Origin: Sphyrna mokarran
Taxonomy: Eukaryota
Direction: 5' to 3'
Length of the DNA stretch: 64,000 nucleotides
Assembly (NCBI GenBank): GCA_024679065.1
Contig: JAGIQG010000004.1
Coordinates: 54,746,001 to 54,810,000 of the forward strand
Shown: positions 51,731 to 64,000 of the stretch, piece by piece
Position numbering within the stretch: the stretch's first letter is position 1
Layout: each line of letters begins with the position of its first letter
Program-made: the position numbers and the translations under genes
Notes under the pieces: generated by a model
Database searches by the model: none
What the model saw: the letters and a program-made list of their open reading frames with translations, nothing else
Told to the model about the DNA's origin: nothing

Positions 51731-52667
51731 GTAAGAGAAGTGTTAAGACGATAAGCTGCATAGTCTCAAGGTTACTCAAATAAACAACAAAGATTCGCAT
51801 CCCTTCAGAGTTCGCTTGGCCGATTTTTAAATAGTTACATTGGAAATTAATTGCTCCAATAGAAAGATTGGAGTCATGAAACAAAGATACTCTTTTTACC
51901 GTCATACTTGTTTGGTAATCATTACTTCTGCTCTTTCATGCGTTCAACCTGCACAAAAAAATGTTTTCAGTTCATTGAAATGTGGATGCAGATTGTGAAA
52001 CAACTTGAATTAATTTATGCACAAGTAATATTTCGAATAGTTTAAAACAGTGCTTATTAGCAAAAAAGATACATGTATTCTTATTGAATCCAATTATAAT
52101 CAGAACACAAGTCATACTCTTCCGCTTTGAAGCGAATGTATATATAGAGCAGGTGGTGTTTCCAAGAGTTTTACAAGCGTACTTCTGTTTTAATGTACGA
52201 TTTCCAATTCAATACAAGAGCAACTCCAAATGCTTCACCCGTTTTCGAGTTCTTCTACCTATTCATCCAAACAGAAAAATCTAATTTCGAGAATTTATAT
52301 AGGGAAGGATAAAATTGCGCCCAGTTCAAAAGATCTGGAATGCTCGTTACAAGTAGATTCAGTAGAAATTAAAAAGGAAATTTTATATGCATTTGAAGTA
52401 GAATACTTGCTGCACTGGAGTAAGAGCCGAGACGTGAAATTAATTGCTTATTTCTTGCATAGAGCCACCGCAGATGCAATGAACCGACTGGCATTCTTTA
52501 TACTCTATGATGCAACAATCTACAATAATTACAGAGCGATTTTTAATTCCGCTAGTAATAAACAGATTGATAGCTCTTTGAGCTGTCTTAGCTCAAATTG
52601 AATAAAAGTGAATGCCACTCTGAAGAATTTACGGTATATATAAATTCATTTTTCGATCTTTCGCCAG

Positions 52668-52979
52668 CTCTTCCAACTCCCATGAAGATTCTTCCCCGCG
52701 CATCTGCAAGCAATGTACCTGATTCTTTGATGCTTGTGTGCGAAATGGCTTCATTTTACCCGGCGGATCTAACTATCACTTGGTACAAAAATAATGAAAG
52801 CATTGAGAATGGAATTCATACCATCAAACAACTCAGCAAAACTGGAATGTTTGAAGCTTCCAGATGCTTTGAAGAGACACAACCTGTCCAGGGAGGGACT
52901 GTTTATACCTGCCTAGTTTCTCATGCAACTCTCCAGATTCCGGCCATGGCAACTTACGTAGTTCCCAATTGTAAACCAG
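52668..52979 (+). CDS. Gene B exon 3: C1-set Ig domain
   Basis: ctttcgccag| acceptor, G|GTATGA donor, 312 nt (same as gene A). Reads LVCEMASFYPADLTITWYKNN..YTCLVSHATL. Confidence 0.93.
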
Positions 52980-54304
52980 GTATGAAATCAGTTTTCTTGG
53001 AAAAAATGACAATGAAGTAAAATCTAACGTCGTTGAAAGTGAATGGATTGTAAATTTCAGCGCAGGGGCAACGATGGCAATAAAATGTAAACTATATTTA
53101 TAAAATCAGGTCATTATTTAAAGTATTGAAATGTATTCTTTGTTTCCACTGCCTTTGCTTTTCCATTTTCAGGCCGAGCAGCTCCTCGGAATAGAGACAA
53201 CTTCTTAAATCGAAGAAACTTCCACTTTTGGTCGGGAGTGAAAAGCCGGTCTCGGTTGGACCGCGTTATTTATATTGCCAGATTTTACTTTCAATTTATT
53301 GTACAACCAAATTTGCATATTCGCGCAATGCAATTGCATCTCAACAGCTCAGTAAATACTGAAACCCAGAAAATGTTGTTTTCACAAAATTCATTTCCCT
53401 CACCGGTTCAATTTAATTCATCAATATTGTATATTCAAACTGCGTTCATTATCTGCCAAATTCCCACTTCAACTCATAATTTAGTGCCTCCCCATTGTAA
53501 TCACAAGTGGATTTCTCTAGTCCGGCGCAGATCTGAGACTTGGGTTAGAGTTCTTCATCCTGAAGTGGCAAATGGAAATGAATCCTTGACGGCTCTGTGG
53601 CAAATGTATATCTTAACATTTTCTGTGTTGGCGATTTTTAGTGGAATGGAAAACGTGTTCAACTAAAATTCTGTCTTCTGGTTATCAAATACTTGTTGCA
53701 TATTTAGCTTTCTTGAAATAATGCCAGAAATGGATTGAAATTGAAATGGTGCGTTGTCACCGTAGGTAAAGTTTTACACTTACATTTTGTGGAGAAAATT
53801 AACAAGCGTAGACTTACATAGAGAGAAATCCTTAACATCAAGAAGCACTGATGCAACTCCAGACAATGCCAAGGAGGAATTAATACTTGAATTACCTAAT
53901 CTAGTAAAACAAAAGAAATATTTTATAGCAACGATAGTAACCAAGTGTGAAAAAAAAACTGGGACTAAGTATCGGTGAGGCGATAGTTAAAATAATTTTC
54001 CCATTCTGCCCACCACGGGAATTGTAGCTGGCAGGGGGCGGGAGGTCTGTTAACCCCGGCTGGGATTTTCCGTTTTCCGGGCTAACTCAAACTGAAAATT
54101 TTCGCCCCCTGAAATTCGTCTTGAGCGACAGCGCAAATTGGCCGACAACTAATCAGTGGCAGTTGCTGTAATCTCCTGATTACCTTTTAGTTTTCTACAG
54201 GTTAAATGATGCAATGTGTCACTTACCCATCCCAACATGCAACGCTTAGTTTTAAATAGCGGAAAATGAATTTTCAACAAAAAAAGATATTCTGATTCCC
54301 CAGT

Positions 54305-54645
54305 ATGAACAATTCGGCATTTCTCGGCAAATTAGCCAGCATAATTAAAGATCTCTCGCACCCCCACCATTCTCTCTTCCATCCTTTTCCATCAGGAAAA
54401 ACATACAAATGTCTGATATCAAGTTCCAACCGACTCAAAAACAGCTTCTTCCGTTCTGCGATCAGACTTTTGAATGCACCTAGTTTGCATTAAGTTGATC
54501 TTTCTCTACACCCTAGCTATGACTATGACACGACATTCGGCGTTCGCTCGTTTCCTTCTCTATGAATGGTATGCTTTGTCTGTATAGCGCGCAAGAAGTA
54601 ATACATTTCACAGTATGCTAATACATGTGACAATTATAAATAAAA
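54305..54645 (+). mobile_element. Rex/Babar-like LINE 3' fragment in gene B intron 3
   Basis: LGKLASIIKDLSHPHHSLFHPFPSGKTY..RLKNSFFRSAIRLLN; same family as 34730-35970. Confidence 0.8.
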
Positions 54646-54736
54646 TAGAATTCTTCAATATTGGGATCTCTTTGCAGTTGTGACTGCAGATGACACTTGC
54701 ACAGCTCTAAGTTTGAAAGTTTTGTCAATCTTTCAG

Positions 54737-54856
54737 GTCGTGACAGCATCTCATCCTCATCTTACTTACGGATTTTTGGGTGCATAGGCTTCGCATTGAT
54801 GGTTTTGCTACTGTTGATCATCATGAGAATCTTGTTCATATTGGGCAACCCTAAAG
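54737..54856 (+). CDS. Gene B exon 4: connecting peptide and transmembrane (GRDSISSSSYLRIFGCIGFALMVLLLLIIMRILFILGNPK)
   Basis: atctttcag| acceptor, AAAG|GTAGGA donor, phase 1/1, strong hydrophobic helix. The YLxIxxC motif is shared with the gene A TM exon. Confidence 0.85.
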
Positions 54857-55290
54857 GTAGGATATCGCATTAGTACGGAATTAAAATATAAAGTCGGAAT
54901 AACAGGCAACAACCAGTAAGCAGCAAAAAACTATTGATCCACTGTGAACTCAATTTTTCATTGGTGCTGAAAGTTTTCATTTGATTGTTGGGTTTGAAAT
55001 TGGCCTGCAATATTGATTAGAGTATTTATTTTAGATCGGCATGCATTTAAAGACAGATTGTGTTTTCAGACCGCAATCTCCCATCACATCCAATCCAAAA
55101 ATGTCTTCTCTGACACACTCCGAGAATTATTTATCCAAAATTATTTCCCCCATCATTTAGAGGTTTCTTTTAAAACAATGTAGTTTTGCATTAGCATTTG
55201 CCATTCAGCATCCTTCGCGTCAACACAAGTTTCGGAGTTTAATAATGCTTCTTTTTTTTTATCCTCCGGTAATTATCTGTTTATTTGCAG

Positions 55291-55361
55291 AATCATGTTA
55301 TGCATTATTGACAATGACTTTTTGGATTTTGCGCTTTAATACGCCATCAGAGAAGAGATGA
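55291..55361 (+). CDS. Candidate gene B terminal exon (ESCYALLTMTFWILRFNTPSEKR*)
   Basis: tttatttgcag| acceptor in phase 1, TGA at 55359-55361 and AATAAA at 55502. Contains the ITIM-like SCYALL. Confidence 0.4.
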
Positions 55362-56179
55362 AGCAAAAGGCCGTGGCAAACCTGTGTATATAAACACTCT
55401 TCTGACCGATGTCTTACATGTAATGTGCACATTTTATGTTGAACTAAGAACTTCTGACATTTGGCACTGTTGCTTACTAAGATTTTGCTGGCTCTAGTGG
55501 AAATAAAAAGAATTGCAACATTTTCTAATTTTCGCTTTTATGCTTCATGTCAATATAGTTAATGCCAAACAGAAGCTTTACACTTACGATCCACACTTGG
55601 GGCACTGAAAGTTGGTTTAGTTAAGGTCTTGGAGGCGGATGCAGCATTAGCATTTCGACGTTTCAACGTGTTTCTGGCTGTTAAATTCGAGATCTTGTAT
55701 CAAAGTTCACTCGAAAATACTTCTGCTGGATGGAGCTTGCAATATTTCCTCTGTTGCAACAATGACAATCCTTCGAAGGGACTCATCGGTTGTTCATTTG
55801 GACGAGCTGTGGTCGTGAAAGACGCTCAGTAAATTTTTATCATATTTCACATAATTGCTGCCTGAAAGTATTACTCATGGCTTGGAATTAGATTGAGATT
55901 CGTTGGACCTTATTAATAATTAGGTTTCTGGATTGCTAATTCTGGAGAAGGTTTTGGTTTTGAGGATCAACTTGACACAGAGACTTTTTAATTTAAAATC
56001 ATGAATATCTGATTGAAAAAATTGAAATTTTGAAGCTCTTGCGCCAGTCAACGGGGAAGTTTATTTCCACTGACAATGAGTGGGTTATAAGAGGATGTAA
56101 TCGAACATTATCACCAAAAGAACAGAGAGGTACGAGAATCTTTCTCAGTCAGAGAATGTTACAGTATGAATTCATAGAA

Positions 56180-56515
56180 AATCGTAGAAACCCTACAGTG
56201 CAGAAAGAGGCCATTTGGCTCATTGAGTCTGCACCCACCACAATCCCATCCAGGCCCCAGCCCATACCCTTATATATTTACTCGCTAATCCCTCTAGCGT
56301 ACGCCACTGAGGACTCTAGAGACCATTTTTAGCATGGCCAAACGATCTAATCCGCACATCTTTGGATTGTGGGAGGAAAACGGAGCACCCGGAGGAAACC
56401 CGCATAGACATGAGGAGAATATGCAAACTCCAGACAGACTATGACCCAAGCCAGGAATCGAACCCAAGTTCCTATGAAGCAGCAGTGCTAACCATTGTGC
56501 TACAGTACCGCCCAT
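56180..56515 (-). mobile_element. HE1/V-SINE-like SINE
   Basis: ccctacagtgcagaaagaggcc..tttggattgtgggaggaaaacggagcacccggagg..gcagtgctaacc. Confidence 0.85.
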
Positions 56516-57684
56516 ACCGGAACTGCTGGAAGCATAATTCATCCAAAAATTTACAAGAGAAGGTGATATCTATTTTTTAAAAAATAATTTAGTATGGGGA
56601 GAAAATACAGGTGTATGGGACTAAAAAGAAAACCCTCTCCAAGGACAGATACAAGAACAACTACGCAAGATCCTCACTTTCTCGCACTGCGTCAAAGAAG
56701 TGACTTGTGCAATAGTGAATGCAATGAACATTCCTATAGTGTATCCTTCGTAGCGTTGCAATTATTTTTAAACCAAATTGGCAGCCATAGGGAAGTTGGG
56801 GTAAAAAACATAGTTTAGGGACAAGATATCAGTTGAAAGAATTTGCCTAATATAGTGACCTAACATGTAAGTTCGCAAAGCTAAAGGCGACGCAAATGTT
56901 ATGATGAAATCATTTCGTTTTGTTATGTGTTCTGTGGATCAATGAAGTTAACACCTCACTTACAAAACATCTCTTTATAGACCGCAAGACGCATTTGATA
57001 ACCGGCTGACTTACCCGGAAGTCGAAGTAATTAGTTCTTGGAAAAAGAAATCCTAGAGGCAAGGAAAATGCGCAGACACATGGGATGCACGACAAGAAAT
57101 ATAAGTGCTGAATATCAACACAGAACCAAATTTCATATTTCTTTACGCCTTTTACTTTACGCTTGCAATTACGGCAGAGTTCGCACAAGTGCAGAACAAA
57201 ACGGATGTTAATAACTTAATTAACATGGCTTGTAAGTAATTAAATATTGCAATTTGCCTGGAATCATAACGTAATGGGAACATTCCTTCTCGGTTGCTAG
57301 CCCATTTATAAAATTCCTTGGAAAAGATTATGCCTTACTAATAAGAGAGGACCGTGTATTTTTTAAATGTTTTACTTTATTCTTACTGCTAAACACCCGA
57401 GCTCACGTTGAAATCTTAATCTTATATTTGTGGAATTTAAAATTTCACCAACATGTTAAAAAACCATATATTTTAAAGTATTTTAAAGTTTTACTTTGTA
57501 TCTGAGCCCAATCATGACCAGTACTTTTGTTGCTTGCAAATGAAAATGAAAAAAATAATCTTCCTGGTGTGTTTTATGTGAATAATTCAGTGTGGTGAGC
57601 TACTTACTTGCTTGTTTGCATTGCCAATGAAACAGCAAAAGGCAGTCCTCTAACTTGACGTTGGATGTAAAATACCATTGACCA

Positions 57685-58078
57685 TTGAAAAGGATAAAGG
57701 AGGATCTCATTTAAACTTACAGAATATTGAAAGACCTGTAAATGATGGATGTGGGGAAGATGTTTGCATAGGTAGGAGAGACTAGGATCCAATGACACGG
57801 CCTTAAAATAAAGGAATGGCTCCAAAGAACTGAGATGAGGAGGGATTTCTTGAACCTGAGGGCAGTATTGCATAGAATTCATTGCAACAGGAGCTTGTGA
57901 AGTCCAGGTCATTGGGTATATTTAAGACAGAGATGGATAGCTATTGCTTGATGATGGGTTCATAGGTTATGGGTAAAAGGCCAGAGAGTGGGGTTTATAA
58001 ACTTGTCAGTCATGATTGAATGAAGGAACAGAATTAGGCCGAATGGCTTCTATATTCTATGGACACCCACAATTCATG
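57685..58078 (+). repeat. 394-bp direct duplicate of 60075-60468 (CR1 3' end plus flank)
   Basis: Near-identical by eye (~6 mismatches). ORFs 57604..57912 and 60000..60302 share the same peptide. Confidence 0.9.
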
Positions 58079-58489
58079 CAATTGACAAAGAGAGACGTTA
58101 TGCAGTAAAAATCAATGCACTTTTTTGGGCAGCACTCTTTGAGGTAAGAAACCAAGACCATTGTTCTGGCATTGACTAGAAATCTCACTGCGATAACACA
58201 TCTCTGCCCAATCAGGATAGTGACTCAGGAAATGCTTGTGATGAAATGTGAAACTTGCGAGCTACACTAACAACTACAACTCGCTACAAAATACCTGCAT
58301 TGCTGCTGCATTGGTAACCCAGAGATCTCGGGTAATGCTGTGGATATCTAGGTTTAAATTCCACCAACGTAGATAGTGAAATTTGAAATCAATAATCATC
58401 TGCAGTTAAAAGTCAAGTGATGACCATGAAATGATTCCTGGAAAAAACCACCTGGTTCACGAATGAACTTTTTCGCCCAGGGGGAAAAA

Positions 58490-60451
58490 GCATGCTAAGA
58501 GGAAAGCGAGGCAACCATGACTAAGGACAGAAGTCAGGGGAATTAAAGCATACAATGTGACGAAGATTAGTAGGGAGCCATCGGATTGAGAAGTCTTCGC
58601 CAACAAAGGATAACTAAACAAGTAAAAAGGGGTAATAGATGAAATATGGGTATAAGCTACTAGTGATGTAAAAGATGATTGCAAGAGGTCTTTTTTAGAT
58701 AAATAAAAGTTGAGAGTGGGCAATGGGCCATTGGAAAATGAAGCCGGAGAAGTAATAATGGGGAACAAATAAATGCTGAAGGATCTGAACAGGTACTTTG
58801 CATCAGTTTTCAGGACGGAAGACAGCAATAACGTTAAAAAATTCAAGAGAGTCAGAGGGCAGAGTTGAGTATTGTGGCCATTACTAAAGAGAAGGTGCTC
58901 GCGAAACTGGAAGGTCTGAAGTTCGGTGGATTTCCTAGGCCAGATAAATTGCACACAAGAGCTCAAAGGAGCTAGCTAAAGAGGTAGTGAAGTTATTAGT
59001 GGTGATTGTTTAGATATCAATTCAATCAGGGAGGGCCCCAACGGACTGGGAAATCGCTAATGTTGAACAAGGGAGGCAAAAAAATGGGAAATTTCAGACC
59101 TATTAGCCTGAACTCTATCGCGGGCAAGATTTTAGAGTCCATTACTTGAGATAAGATTTTGGAATATTTGGAAATGCATGGTAATATGTGGTGAAATCGG
59201 CATGATATCATCAAGTGGTGGTCATGCCTAACAGGTATGTTTCAATTCCTTGAGCAGGCAACGAACAGGTTAGACGAAGGACAGCCACTTGATGTTATCT
59301 ACTTGGATTTCCAGAAGGCCTTTGATAATTTGTTACACAGGAAGCTGCTGAGTACGATACGAGTCCATTGTATTAGAGAAATGTACTATTATGGATAGAA
59401 AATTGGCTAACTAGCCAAAGGCAGAGAGTGGGAAAAAGAATCCTTTCCAGGATGACAGCCGGTGGCTATAATTCAACACAGTTCAGTGTTAGGATCACAT
59501 CTTTTCGCTTTCCACATCAATATCTAGATGAAGTAAGTGAGGACACTGTGCCTAAGTTTGCAGATGGTACACAGGTAGGTGGAAGGACTGGCAATATTGA
59601 GGAAACAGGGAAGCTGCAGAAGGACTTAGATGGGTTAGGAGAGTGGGCAAAGAAATGGCAGATGGAATAGAATGTGGAAATGTGATGTTATGCATCATGG
59701 TTGAAAGAATAGAAGCTTAGACTATTTTCTAAATGGGAGAAAATTTATGAATTTTGAAGTGGAAAGGGACTTGGGAGTCCCAGTTCATGATTAGATCAAG
59801 TTTAACTTGCAGGTTGAGCTAGTAGTTAGGAAAGCAAATGCAATGCTAGCATTCCTTACGAGAGGACTAGATACAAAAGCAAGGATTATTGCTGAGGTTT
59901 TATAAGACTCTGATCAGATCATATTTGGAACATTGTGAGCAATTTTGGGCCCTGTATCTAAGAAAAGATGTGCTGGCTTGGAGAGTGTCTAGAGAAGGTT
60001 CACGAATGATCCCAGAAATGAAAAGCTTGATGGATGAGGCGCATTTGAGGACTGTCAATCTGTACTCGATGGATTTGAAAAGGATAAAGGAGGATCTCAT
60101 TTAAACTTACAGAATATTGAAAGACCTGTAAATGATGGATGTGAGGAAGATGTTTCCATAGGTAGGAGAGACTAGGATCCAATGACACAGCCTTAAAATA
60201 AAGGAATGGCTCCAAAGAACTGAGATGAGGAGGGATTTCTTGAACCTGAGGGCAGTATTGCATAGAATTCATTGCAACAGGAGCTTGTGAAGTCCAGGTC
60301 ATTGGGTATATTTAAGACAGAGATGGATAGGTATTGCTTGATGATGGGTTCATAGGTTATGGGTAAAAGGCCAGAGAGTGGGGTTTATAAACTTGTCAGT
60401 CATGATTGAATGAAGGAACGGAATTAGGCCAAATGGCTTCTATATTCTATG
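58490..60451 (+). mobile_element. Degenerate CR1-type LINE (RT and tail), inserted after a family-A SINE fragment (~58300-58480)
   Basis: YFASVF, NFRPISLNS, YLDFQKAFD, KFADGT, WAKKWQME, YLEHCEQFW motifs with many lesions. Confidence 0.9.
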
Positions 60452-61029
60452 GACACCCACAATTCATGAACAAATTTTTAAATATCTGATGTTTTTGGAT
60501 TGCAAAGATCTATTGTGCTGTAATAATTGTCTTTAACTGCAAAATCATTAAAGGGTGATCCACAATCAATTCGTGTACGATTGAATATTTAACTAACTGT
60601 GTTATACTTAACCAATAAGATACATCCTTTCATTTTGTGGAGTAATTGCATGGTACGAGACAGCTATGTGTGGCGGACATTCTGTGTTGGACAAAATCCT
60701 TCCTGTAATTAAACAAATTGGAATCTCAAGAAGCTTAACAACGAGAAACCTCCCCGAAGCTGCATGCGAATTTAACTGATGGTCTTATTCTGCTTTGAAC
60801 ATTAGAAGTAAGCACTTTCAATCTGCTCGAACCAAAAAGATATCCCATCAACAATAGAGCTGTCAATCTGAATCCATCTTCAGACCAAACAGCAGTAGTC
60901 CAGTAAACTGTGATCGTAAGCTGGAGCTGGAGAGAAGGAGGGAACAGTAGAGAGAAAAACAAGTAAAAGAATGAAATCATTAACACTCAGCGATCAGTTT
61001 GGATTCACATTCTTGCTGGAAGTGTAAAC

Positions 61030-61985
61030 CTAAGGGAAGGCAGCGGCATTGTCAGCTGAGTAATAAACCAGAGATCTAGGGCAACGCTTTAAGGGCCCCA
61101 AGGTGCAATTTAAATTTGATAAATATTTGGTTTAAAAACCAGATGACAATTCATCCCATCTGATTCACTGCAGTAGTGAATGGGTTAACGAATTTTGTAA
61201 TACTTGGAGAATGGTTAAAAAGTATTGGTGCTTCAGCTTGTTTTCATGTTTCTCAGATAGACACCATAATTGTTTTCACGTGCTCAGACAAAGAGACTGC
61301 AGCTGTCCTTGCTGTTAGGCATAAGTTTATGACAGCCCGTGCAGAAATGTAGCTGACCCCGCTTGTATCTATGTTTGTATCTTTAATTTTATGGACTTTC
61401 GTCTAAGATAGTGAAGCTTGCATGTCCTAAATATATATTCATATATATTCGTTACGTACTCCTTATGTGTCATGTAGCAACATATATATTATATGCTATA
61501 CAACTTACGAACATAGATTGTTACACCAGTTCCATTAATTTTAACTAGTCTTTTCGGCCTGTATGTTGGCTAAGGGCTAATCACAAACGTCAATTGCGGC
61601 CTTGAGATAACCATGAAAAAATGCCGAGGCAACCATGTTCCCACGATAGAGGACAACCCACAGCTCGGAAAACTATTGAGACCAAGAAGATGCACACGTA
61701 ACTGGGGGGTATAAATATATGCTCTTAAGTTGTGTCCAGTGAGACGCCTGGGTACCAGGTGTGCCTTCCAAAAGCTTTTGAATAAACTTGCTGTAATTTG
61801 ACTCATAATTAGTCTAAGAGGTATCTTTACCTACAACACACTAATGTCCTTTAGGGAGAGAAACCCGCCTTCCTTACCTGGACTGACCTATACATGACTT
61901 CAGACCTACAACCACAGTAATATGGCTGACTCTTAACTGCAACTAAACAAGGGAAATTAGGGATACACACGTCCGTGGGAAACTC
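61030..61985 (+). mobile_element. Family-A SINE split by a solo LTR
   Basis: SINE core ..cccatctgattcac | cactaatgtcctttaggg..ccttacctggactgacctatacatgact.. resumes after 61838. Confidence 0.7.
61169..61838 (+). mobile_element. Solo LTR (670 bp)
   Basis: TG...CA termini with imperfect inverted repeats (TGCAGTAG / CTACAACA), TATAAA at 61710, AATAAA at 61781, and a CAC duplication at both junctions. Confidence 0.75.
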
Positions 61986-62059
61986 ACTTCCTGTAAATTA
62001 ACGCAAAGGATGAACTGGCTATGATTCATCTACATGACTCAGTACTGCACTTCTGGATA

Positions 62060-62853
62060 TGAGAATACTGTGGCCTTAAGAAATGTATTTATTTCTTATT
62101 TCCAAAACAGGCTTTATTTTAGCAGTCAGTTCAACTTTGAATGTAGCCAGTAGCCCCAGTTGTCACTGCAGCAGCAAACTTGTTCTTAGTTGCTAACGTT
62201 TTCGTTTTACTTTGGATTAATGCAATTCTGTTATTGCTTTAGTTCTGGAGTTTTTCATGGTAGGGCTTGATTAGCTTGATTGACAGGAACAGTAATGTGA
62301 TTGGGAGGCACAATTCTTACACAGACAAATGAGCTCAGTTGTTGTTTTGGACTTCTTGGGAAAGGCAGCTCTCTATGTGTCATTATCTTTTTCTGGATTT
62401 AAAGACTGGGATCTGCTAGGAAGTTAGATTATTTCTTTGGAGGGTACCACTTGAGAGATAGAAGAAAAGTTTATTCCTGTAACCGTCCAGAGGCGTTAAA
62501 GTGCTGGAAACATAACACCTAGGTGAACCGATTTGTTTATGTGCTTACTTCTGAAGAAGGGTGCATGTCTGTGGGGATATTACTTATTTTTAAACTATAG
62601 AGATAGCTAGCTGTTAAGAATTATATCTTATTATGTTTAAATACTTCAAGTGGTAAACGTGTTTTAATTCTTTTTGTTCTGTTTTGACTGCGTTGTAAAT
62701 TAAACTTTGATTTAATAAAAAAAATCCTATTGGGTTAAACGAATCATACATGGAGAGAAACAGCTTATGCTCTCCCTAATGCCAAAATCAAAAAGGACAG
62801 GGGCTAGTCTAACTTTATAATGTACCATGGACTTTCTGACCTTGTCCCTAACA
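62060..62853 (+). mobile_element. Probable solo LTR related to the Gmr1-like element LTRs
   Basis: Start tgagaatactgtggccttaagaaa resembles the LTR start near 9735 (minus strand). End ..ttctgaccttgtccctaaca resembles the LTR end at 15246 (..ttctgctctagtccctaaca). No TSD seen. Confidence 0.5.
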
Positions 62854-64000
62854 TGGCGAGCATTTGTGCATTGAGTCACAGGCTATTTGCAGAGATCTTT
62901 CAAAAGAGATATTTTTCTTTGATGTGATGGCAGTTGGCCATCATTAGTTCTTCAGACTTAACGGCAAAATATTCAACCGAGAAGATAATTTATAAAACAT
63001 AGTGAAAGGACTTGTTCATATTTTAATCAGTGCATTTTGCTCGGAGATTGTGAAACGAAGTTACTTAAAAGTAACTTCTTTTCAAAAAAGTCAGCCCCTG
63101 TAAATTTGCATAAAATAACACTTGTCCAACTGTCGACAGCCAGACGCAGTAGTCGAAGCCCTTTCATACACCCCAGGGTTTTCAAAGTACCTGTCAAACA
63201 CGTAAGTTTGAATGGAAGCGTGGGAGAGTCTACATACAATTCTCCTCCGTTGCTTTTTCATGTTCGCTGCTCACGAACCTCTCATCAGCAAATATGGGAA
63301 AGAAACAATGTGCAAGTGGAGTAGCAACAAACGCCAGCGGAGTCGGGCTCGGAAATATGAGGCTTAGGGCAAGGGTGCTGAGATCTAGGGAACCAAAGGG
63401 TAGAAACCAGAGAGTCAAGAAGTGGGGTTCGGAGAGAGACAGTCCAGAGATCAAAGGAGCACAAGGCCCATGGACCCAAAGAACGGTGCCAGGGAACCGA
63501 GGACTGTTCAGAAAAGAAGTGGGGCCCCCGAAAGTAGAAGTCCAAGGAACTAACGAAAAGGATCGGGGAACCGAGCATCGTGGAGCCAAGGACAGTGAGG
63601 AAGGCCCAGACAGTGAAAGCGCCGGGGTGCGGGCCAGGGTAAACTTTAGCAGGGAGCATAGGTCCCAGCAAGCCCAAGTGCCAGGGAGTAGTTTCCGGAA
63701 GTCCATTGATGGGCCTGCGTCGCCGACCATAAGGCATCAGGTGTGGGTGCTACTGATGCCTCCGTAAGCAAATGACAGAAGAATATGTGTGCTGTGAGAG
63801 GGAGTTTGAGAGAGAGGGAAGAATGGGGAGGAGAGTTAGTGGAGGAGAGTCAATGTGTGCCGCTGGCGGTGCATGGTACAGAGCATAAGGGGTAGAAAGT
63901 GTAAAGGTGAGCTTGGTGATTTTCAGAGGAAAGGGGTTGGATATCGCTTTAGTGGAAAATGGGGAATGTGAGCGTGTGCGCGCGATTACGAGAAGTGGAT

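Noticed and set aside
1-64000. CRISPR arrays, rRNA or genuine tRNA genes, prokaryotic operons
   Set aside because: None seen. The tRNA-like A/B boxes belong to SINE heads, and the sequence is vertebrate genomic DNA.

Overview
Eukaryotic, repeat-rich genomic DNA, most likely from a cartilaginous fish (inferred from the CR1-type LINEs and HE1/V-SINE-like tRNA SINEs). Much of the window is transposon debris: young and old CR1 LINEs, L2 and Rex/Babar-like LINEs, two SINE families, a decayed Gmr1-type (integrase before RT) Gypsy LTR element, solo LTRs, MITEs and a Harbinger Myb remnant. The host content is a tandem + strand cluster of intron-split immunoglobulin-superfamily receptor genes. Two apparently intact paralogs (A: 24571-27239+; B: 51259-54856+) have the exon plan leader / germline-joined VJ-type V domain / C1-set domain / transmembrane, all with phase-1 introns and about 50% amino-acid identity by hand alignment. 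This resembles a non-rearranging antigen-receptor-like (VJ-C1; PRARP-, SIRP- or NKp30-like) chain. Between them lie an orphan, disabled TM exon (38863-38972) and two cytoplasmic exons ending in a SIRP-alpha-like ITIM tail, whose second tyrosine appears mutated. The overall picture is a birth-and-death cluster of paired-type immune receptors. Gene models were built by eye from splice signals and homology, and the cytoplasmic exons are tentative.
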